Of a stretch of 64,000 bases of DNA, positions 53,861 through 62,500 are shown piece after piece. The stretch is from assembly GCA_039798785.1 (NCBI GenBank), contig JBDKFG010000009.1:27054-91053 (forward strand), given 5' to 3'. The position numbers and the translations under genes are program-made. Source of the stretch: Verrucomicrobiota bacterium. GTDB taxonomy: Bacteria; Verrucomicrobiota; Lentisphaeria; Lentisphaerales; Lentisphaeraceae. Below the pieces are notes generated by a model. The model was not told where the DNA came from, searched no databases, and was given only the letters and a program-made list of their open reading frames with translations. Position 1 is the stretch's first letter. Every line of letters starts with the position of its first letter.

Positions 53861-55740
53861 GCTCCGATCCCCATCCCCTCGAGCAGGAGAGCTCCTTATT
53901 TATCGCCCGCCTTCTGGAGCTCAATCGCTTCAGTGGCGAACCCTCGGCCTTCCTGCAGCAGCTGCTGCGCCTGAAGACTCAGATCTGCGGCGCCGAGGCC
54001 GCCGCCATCCTCCGCCTTGACGCCAAGGGTCCCCAGGTTCTGGCTCTGGCGCCGGAAGGAATTCAGAAGCGTCAGGACGCCGGCTGGCTACGGGAAGCGA
54101 TGGCTCTCGCCGGCATCGCCGGCAAGACCGAGCAGGTCAGTGTCAGGCAGCGTCAGGACTTGTCTCCGGCGGAAAAGGCTGCCGGGCGGATCTGGCATCT
54201 TGTCTTCATGCCGGTCAAGCTCGGCACCCTCAATTTCGGCCTTGAGGTCTATTCGATCGCCGCCCGGGACGGGGGGGACCTGCAGGGGCGGATCGAAGCT
54301 TTGGAGCTGCTCCTGCCCTATTTCGACTATTTTGAAGCCCGCTATCAGCTTGCCGGCTTCCGCGACAAGACCAGCCGGCTGCACCAAGTTTGCGACACCC
54401 TGGTCAAGCTCAATTCGTCCGATGAGCTACTTGCGGCCTCGATGCGCCTTTGCAACGAGCTGGCGGCGCGATGGGGCTGTTCTCGTGTCAGCTTCGGTCT
54501 CCTGAAGGGCCGCTACATCCGCCTCAAGGCGATGAGCAACACCGAGAAGTTCAAAGCCAAGATCGAGCTCGTCAGCGGCCTCGAGAACGCCATGGAGGAG
54601 TCGCTAGACCAAAACCGCCAGGTGAAATTCCCGCAGGATGGCGCCGGCGACTACATCGCCCGCGCCGCAGAGCGCTATTCCCATGCCTATGGCCCCTTGG
54701 CTTTGCTGAGTCTGCCCTTGCGACGGGGAGACCAGGTGGAGGCGGTAGTGACGCTCGAGAGAATGGCGGAGCGCCCCTTCAGCAGCGATGAAGAGGAGGC
54801 GCTGCGTCTCCTCCTGGATCTCTACAGCCCGCGCCTGATCGATCTGATCGACCGGGATAAGTGGCTGGGGGCGCGCCTGGCGCAAAAGTGCCGCCGCGCC
54901 GCCTCCTGGCTCGTCGGCGCCAAACACACCTGGATCAAGCTGGCGGCGATTGCCGTGATCAGCCTGACGGTGCTCCTGTCGCAGTGGCGAGGCATCTACC
55001 AGGTCGAGGCCAGCTTCGTCTTCGAGCCGGTGATCGAGCAGATTGTCGTCGCTCCCTTTCCTGGCGAGATCGCCGAGGTCGCGGTGCGCAACGGCGACCA
55101 GGTCGTCGCCGGCCAGCGACTGGTGGTGATGGACGTCGCCGAGACCCGGATGCAGATCGCCACGCTCGAAGCCGAGGAATTCGAGGCGCAGAAGCGGCAG
55201 GCGGTGGCGATGAACGAAGGAAAGACCGCAGAAGCCCAGATCGCCCTGGCGATGAAGCAGCGCAGCGCGGCTCAGAAGCAGCTGCATCTCTTGCATCTGA
55301 AGCAGGCGGAAGTGCTGGCTCCTCTCGCCGGCACTCTTGTCGCACCTGAGCTTGCCAAGCGCCAGTATGCCCGGGTGCAATTCGGCGAGGAACTCCTGCG
55401 GGTGGTCAGCGCCGATCGCCTGAAAGCCACACTCTTCGTGCCGGAGGCCCAGATCGCCGATGTCTCTCTGGGCGCCAAGGGCAGCCTCGCTACCGTCGCC
55501 CACCCGGAACGCAAGCTCAGTTATACAGTGAGTTTTATCGATCGGGTCGCGACGGTCCATGAGCAGCAGAACGTCTTCCGGGTCGAAGTCAGCTTCGATC
55601 CCGGTTCGGAACTGGGCGGCAAGGATTGGGCCAAAGCCGGCATGGAGGGCTCCGCCCGGATCGATGCCGGCTCCGAACTTTATGCCTGGATCTGGACACG
55701 CAAGGCGATCAATTGGGTTCGTATGCAGCTTTGGATTTGA
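53857..55740 (+). CDS. GAF-domain HlyD-family membrane fusion protein
   Basis: GAF-like region (LCNELAARWGCSRVSFG...AMEESLDQ...LSLPL...VVTLER), TM, then MFP (VVAPFPGEIAEV.VRNGDQV; APLAG). ATGA-coupled to the upstream MFP gene. Confidence 0.88.
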   Translation: MSSDPHPLEQESSLFIARLLELNRFSGEPSAFLQQLLRLKTQICGAEAAAILRLDAKGPQVLALAPEGIQKRQDAGWLREAMALAGIAGKTEQVSVRQRQDLSPAEKAAGRIWHLVFMPVKLGTLNFGLEVYSIAARDGGDLQGRIEALELLLPYFDYFEARYQLAGFRDKTSRLHQVCDTLVKLNSSDELLAASMRLCNELAARWGCSRVSFGLLKGRYIRLKAMSNTEKFKAKIELVSGLENAMEESLDQNRQVKFPQDGAGDYIARAAERYSHAYGPLALLSLPLRRGDQVEAVVTLERMAERPFSSDEEEALRLLLDLYSPRLIDLIDRDKWLGARLAQKCRRAASWLVGAKHTWIKLAAIAVISLTVLLSQWRGIYQVEASFVFEPVIEQIVVAPFPGEIAEVAVRNGDQVVAGQRLVVMDVAETRMQIATLEAEEFEAQKRQAVAMNEGKTAEAQIALAMKQRSAAQKQLHLLHLKQAEVLAPLAGTLVAPELAKRQYARVQFGEELLRVVSADRLKATLFVPEAQIADVSLGAKGSLATVAHPERKLSYTVSFIDRVATVHEQQNVFRVEVSFDPGSELGGKDWAKAGMEGSARIDAGSELYAWIWTRKAINWVRMQLWI

Positions 55741-56009
55741 GCGGGTGAAGGTTCCTTCGAAGTGAATTTAAGTTTTCCCTCGTTCGGAGTTTATGCTAAA
55801 CGTTAATCATCAACAGGGTGCCCCAGTCTCGGAATGCAACCGTGGTTTGCCAGAATTTAGCTTGGCCCAGGGCTGGGGCGCTTCGGCGATGCCCTGGATC
55901 AGAAGACTTGAAGGGGGACGCAAGAAGGTTAGCTTCGCGATCGAGGTTATGCACAAAATCCATTCAGTTGTGGTTTCAGCCTAAATTCCGCAGCAGCGGA
56001 ATCGAACCG

Positions 56010-56183
56010 GGTTGAAAGGTTGGAAGGTTGAAAGGCAAATACATGAACAACAGCGACAAATGACGATTCTAGTTCGACCTGCATGACTGCCAGCCGGAGG
56101 AGTTGCCGAGCGCCCTCGAACGCCATAACCTCTTGCTGTTGTAGCTGATTCTTTCAACCTTTGAACCTTCCAACCTTTCAACT
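56010..56183. repeat. 8-bp periodic inverted-repeat element (GGTTGAAA)n ... (TTTCAACC)n around a ~115-bp spacer
   Basis: Left arm 56010-56035 is ggttgaaaggttggaaggttgaaagg; right arm 56151-56183 is ctttcaacctttgaaccttccaacctttcaact. Confidence 0.8.
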
Positions 56184-56528
56184 GCGGTTTTTAGGTTCAA
56201 TCTTTGAGCCCCATCAAATGGCGGATTTTAGTTTTCTTCTAATCCAAAATCTCGCAGCCTCAGCAGGTGGCTTGTGGCTGGGGAACTTTGGCTGTTGTCT
56301 CTGTGAACATCTTCCCTCCACTTCGAAAGCTTCGCGGTGCTGAACTGCTGACTTCTCGAGAAGTGCTGATATCGGGCCCTGCATTCTCGTCAAAGCCGGC
56401 GTCATAAGAGCGGATTTTTCCCGCGAAACGTCGTCGCAGACTTGCAAGAGTGGCTGAAGAAGTCTAGAGTGCTAATGGTGCCATATAAAACACGAATCTT
56501 TTTTACCCCAGCCCCAAGAGGAAAACAC

Positions 56529-59500
56529 ATGATCGACCGCAACCACGACGAGCGCCCCCAGATCGAGAACCTCGAAGAACGCATTCTCATGTCCGCTTCT
56601 CCGGTCCAAGACGAAGCCTATGTTGCCGTCGCGGTCCAGACCGAACCCGCTGCAGAGCAGCAGCCTGCGCAAGTCGTCACCGAAATCGTCATCGTCGACT
56701 CCGGCGTCAAGGATCCCGCCGCCTTCCTCGCCACTATTCCCGCAACTGCCGAAGTCCATGTTCTGAATACCGATAGCTCCGGCGTCGATCAGATCTCCGC
56801 CATCCTCGCCGGCAAGACCGGCATCACCGCCCTTCATATCGTCTCTCACGGCTCCAACGGCCAGCTGCAACTCGGCAACGGCTCCTTGAACGCCTCCAAC
56901 GTCGCCGAAACCGCAGCTTGGAAAAACGCCCTCTCCAATGACGCCGACATCCTCCTCTACGGATGCGATGTCGCCCAGGATGCCCAAGGCAGCGCCTTTG
57001 TCGCCGCACTCGCCAACACCACCGGCGCCGACGTCGCCGCCTCGGATGACAAGTCCGGCTCCGTCGCCCTCGGCGGTGACTCCGATCTCGAAGTCGCTTA
57101 CGGTAAAATCGAAGCCAAGGCCCTCATTCTCGAGAAGATCAAGGGTCTGTTGGCAGACATTGCCAGCGTTGATGTCATCAATCCCAGCGCGAATATGCCG
57201 ACCAAAGCCGATCAGCTCGACGTCAGACTGAATGCGTCCTTTGACACCAGCAACATTGGCGATGACGACTACTTGAGCGTGATGGTCTACCTCGAGCGGA
57301 GTGTCGATGGCCAGTGGACCGCAGTCGATGGTGCCCGCCTTGAATATTGGAACAATGACGCCGGCACGATCGCCGCCATCGCGGCAGCTGCCCCTTCGGC
57401 CACTCGCATCACCTATGCTTCCGGACAGAGCGACGCCAACAGCCTCTGGAATTACGAATTCACCGCCGCCAACCTCGACCCTGACGAAGCCGGTACCTAC
57501 CGCGTCCGCGCCGAGTTTGTCTATGGCGATGACAATGGCAACAACGGTCCCGACACCGGCGATACCGTCGAAGCTATGATCAGCGTTTCGACCTCCTTCT
57601 ATGTCGCCAACTTGGCCACCAACGACAACAACTCCACCTTGACCCTGCAATCCAGCGGCACGGCAGGCGCCCCCGCCGTCGGCGACGTGCTTTTCGCCGG
57701 TCTCAACTTTGATGATGACAACTTTGCCGCCCCCACCGGCTCCTACACCTACAATGTCAAATGGCAGGTCAGTGCCACTGGAGCCGCCGGAAGCTGGGCT
57801 GATGTCGCCGGTGCTGTGACCAACACCTTCACCCTTGCCCCTGAACATGCCGGGCTTTTCGTCCGCGCCGTTGCTACCTACACTGACGAAGATGGTTTCG
57901 AAAACACTTCGGTTTCTGCTGCGACCGCAGCGGCAGTCGCCGCAAGCTCCACCAGCAATAACAACACCAGCAGCGTCACCGTTACCAACGCCGGCGTGGC
58001 CGTCGGCAACATCGACGTCGGCGACATCCTCACCGCAAGCTTCACGATTGCTGACACCAACAACGCGATCACCAACTACAACGCCAACGTCTCCTTGCAG
58101 TGGCAGGTGTCGACCAACGGCACCTCATGGGCCGACATCCTCGGAGCTACCACCAGCACCTACACCGTCACTTCGGATATGCTCGGCAACCAGATCCGTG
58201 CATTGATCAGCTATACCGATGACGAAGGATTCCTCAACGTCGCCGCCTCCGCCGCCTCCAACGATGTCACCGCTGCCACCGGCAACACTGCCGTCACCGG
58301 CACCCTGCAGATCCTCAACAGCGCCAACGTCGTCATCGATACATCCAATGGCGCTGCCACCCCCCCTGCCCAGGTCGGGGATGTCCTCTCCGCCAGTGTC
58401 ACCAACTTGACCGACCCCAACGGCTTGCCTCTGGAAATCAACTACCAGTGGCAGGTTTCGGTCTCTGGCGACGTCAACGACGAAGCGGGTTGGGTCAACA
58501 TCATCGGCGCCACCGGCATCGAATACACCGTCGACATCGCCCAGCTCGGTAAATTCCTCCGTTACGTCATCAGCTTCACCGACAACGCCGGCTACTCCGA
58601 AGTCTTGAAGTCCGCCCCCACCGAAGACGCTGTCATCGCCGCCAACAACCTGACTTCCGGACTCCCGATCATCACCGGTGACGCCATCGAAGGCCAGACG
58701 CTGTCTGTCGATCTCTCGCAGATCAGCGATGCAGATGGCATGACTTCTCCCGCGTTCACCTATCAATGGCAGCATTTCGATGATGTCACCGGCTGGACCA
58801 ACATTGCCGGTGCCATTGCTTCGACTTACCCGATTGCCAACCCTTCTCTCTTTGTCGGCGAGCGTCTCCGCGTCATCGTCGGTTACACCGATGACTTGCT
58901 CACCGTCGAAAGCGTCACCAGTGCCGCCACTCCCGCAGTCAGCGCATTCGTCACTCCCGGCGGCAGCATGACTCCTGGCGGCAACGGCACCGCCACCAGC
59001 TTCACTGTCAACGGCACTCCCCAGGTCGGTCAGATCCTGACAGCTAGCGTCACTGGTCTCGCCGACCCCGAAGGTCTGCCCCCTAGCGTCAACTATTCCT
59101 GGCAGGTTTCCGCCTCCGGCACCTCCGGCTGGACCACCATTGAGGGCGCCAGCGGCGTCCAATACACCCTCACCGCGGCGGAAGAAGGCCTCTTTGTCCG
59201 AGCCTTGATCACCTACGTCGACAACGCCGGCAACAACGAAGCCATCGGCTCCACCCCTTCTCCCCAGATCGGTCCCGCCGCTGCGGCTTCGGTCAGCGGC
59301 TTGATCACCGGCATTTTGTTGGCAGATTATCCAATTCCTCCGCTTACCGCCGACCCTAGCATCCAAGACGGTCTGTTGACTGACTACTGGTGGCAGTACA
59401 CAGTTGATGGTGGTTTGACTTGGAACTCTATTCAGACGAGTGACATTGATCTCACCCTTATTGGCGATTACGTTGGCGGTCAAATCCGCGTATATGATGT

Positions 59501-62500
59501 AACCAATGGCATTGTATTGGCCGGTCCTGTCGGTCCTGTCGGTGAATACAACAATACCGTCGTCGGTTACACCGGCATTCCCGCCACTGGCAATGTCCTC
59601 ACCGCCTTCCTGTCCGGACCCTATCTCGACAGCGCCCTGAACAGCCTTAACGACACCAACACCGTCAACCTCGACACCGACGTCAGCTACACTTGGCAGC
59701 GCTCCTTCGATGGCGGCACCACTTGGGTCAACGTCGGCTTCAGCCGCAGCTACAGCGTCACCGCCGCCGATGCCGGCAGCGTCCTGCGCTTCCTCGCCAG
59801 CTACACCGACGACTTCGGCGTCGCTGAAAACGCTGCTCACTTCCCGATCCAGATCGGCGCCATCAACGCCGGCCCGGAAGGCGTTGTCCGTCTCGTCGGC
59901 GATGTCCGCCTCGACAACTCCACCACTCCCCTGACCGCCGACTTCAGCGGCGTCACCGATGCCAACGGCATCAACACCGACCCCGACGGCAACCCCGCGA
60001 CCCCGGCTTACACCTACCTGTGGGAATACTCGATCGACAACGGCGCCTCTTGGGCTCAGATTGGCGGCACCACCAGCACCACCACCACGATCCTCAACCC
60101 CTCCACCGACTTGCTTGACAGCGGTTCTGCCCTCCTCACCGCCGGCGCCCTGGTCCGTGTCTCGGTGACCTATGTCGACATGCACCCCAATGCGAACGTC
60201 GCCACCGTCACCAGCCAGGCCCGTTACGTCTACGCCACCACTCCGATCACCGCGGCTAGCAGCAGCCCCAACGCCCCGACCTACGTCTCCTTCGTGGTCG
60301 ACACTTCGACCCAATCGCCGAGCGTCCTGACCGCCAATCTCACCGGTCTCTCCGATGCCGACGGTCTCCCCGGTCCGGATGGCTTCAGCTACCAGTGGCA
60401 GATCTCTTCCGATAACGGCACCACCTGGTCCGCCATCGTCGGCGCCACTTCCACCACCTACACCGTCCCCGCTGCCGACCAGACCAAGGTCTTCCGCGTC
60501 TCGGTCTCCTATGTCGATGGTTCCGGCCACAACGAAACCTTCAACTCCCTGCCCAACCACATCGTCGAGAACCGTCCTCTCATCACTCAGGCGGCCACGG
60601 TGCTGACTTCCGACATCACTGGCTTGGTCGATGACGACGGCAAAGTCGTCAACATCCTTACCACACTGGCCTATCAATGGCAGTACAGCAGCGACGGCGT
60701 CACCTGGACCAATCTGGTCACCAACGCCGTTGCCGCCGCCTACGATTTGACCGACGCGGCTCTCGAGCTCGGTTCGATCGACGGCAAGTCCTTCCGCGTT
60801 GTCGTCAGCTTCGATGACGACCTCGGCAACAGCGAAACCGTCGCCAGCCTGGGCTTCAGCAACACCGTCCGCACCGGCAGTGTCGTCATCGACAACTTCC
60901 CCGGAGTCGACGCCACTTTCGTCGGCGCCACCATTGACGCCAACACCACCGGTCTGGCGGATGTCAACGGTCTCGGTGCCTTCACCTACCAGTGGCAGAA
61001 CAGCAGCGACGGCGTGACTTGGACCGACATCGTCGGCGCCACCGCTTCCACCTACGACCTGCAGCTGAGCGACCTGCGCAAATATGTCCGCGTCGCCGTC
61101 TCCTTCATCGACGCCGCCGGCTTCACCGAGACCGCCACCTACGCGACCTCGCTGCCCCAGCTCAACCCCAGCCAGACGCTGATCCCCGGCACCATCGGCA
61201 GCCCCACCGTCGGCAACACTCTGCTGGCCTATGTCACCGGCTCCTTCCAGGACACCTCCGGCAACATCTATCCCTCGATCGACACCGTCAATCTCGACAC
61301 CGAAGTCAGCTACACATGGCAGCGCTCCTTCGACAACGGCATCTCTTGGATCAATGTTGCCTACACCCGCAGCTACACCCTCACCGCGGCTGACGCCGGC
61401 GCCGACATCCAGTTCGTCGCCACCTTGGTCAACGACTACGGCGTGACTGAGACGGTCACCATGTTCCCGCTCCAGGTCGGTGCGCCCAACGTCGGCCCCG
61501 TCGGCCTGCCGCGCATCAGCGATACCGTCCGCACTGACATTGCTTCGACTCTCTCGGTTGACTACAGCGCGGTTTACGACGCCAACGGCATCAACACCCT
61601 GGAGCCCTTCACCTACTCCTGGCAGGTCTCGGCTGACAATGGCGCGACTTGGACCCCAGTGTCCGCCACCGCCACTATCGACCCCAATGCCCTGGGCCTC
61701 ACCGCCGGCAATCTCCTGCGCGTCGTCTTCTCCTACACCGACCTTCTGGCCCCGACCGCCAACGTCGAAACCGTCACTAGCCAGTCCGTCTACATCTACG
61801 GCGCGGCTCCGATCGTTGCCGACAGCACCAGCCCCTCGGCCCCGACATACGTCAGCTTCGTCGTCGACACCAGCACCAAGTCGCCCACTGTCCTGACCGC
61901 CAACCTCACTGGCCTCAGCGACGCCGACGGCCTCCCCCCCGTCGACACCTTCAGCTACCAGTGGCAGGTCAACGATGGTTCCGGCTGGACCACCATCACC
62001 GGCGCCACCGCCAGCACCTACACCGTCCCTGAAGCCGACCACGCCAAGACTTTCCGCGTCGCTGTCAGCTACACCGACCTCGGCGGTCATCTCGAATCCT
62101 TCACCTCGGTGCCCAACCACTTGGTGCAGAATCGCCCGGTCATCACTGTCGGCGGTGTCATCGCCGGCCAGATCACCGGCCCCGCCGGCACCACGCTGAC
62201 CGCAGACACCGACGGCGTCGTCGTCACCATGACCACCGAAGAAAAGCTCGCCCTCGCCGATGCTGATGGCCTCGGTGCCTTCTCCTACCAGTGGCAGCGC
62301 AGCCTCGATGGTGTCACCTGGATGGACATCGGCGGTGCCACCCTCCTCACTTACGACACGGTCGCCGAAGACGCTGGTCATTACCTTCGCGTCGTTGTCA
62401 GCTACACCGACCTCCTCGGCAATGCCGAAGTCGTTGCCTCCTTGGCCACTGACCGCTACAACATCGCCGCGGCCGGCACGCCCATCATCCAGACCGTCAA

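Noticed and set aside
56031..56110. Possible c-di-GMP-I riboswitch (AAAGGCAAA ... GTTGCCGA)
   Set aside because: The ends resemble P1, but the GAAA-capped P2 and the GACGCAAAGC core are missing. An Infernal scan against the c-di-GMP-I model would be needed.
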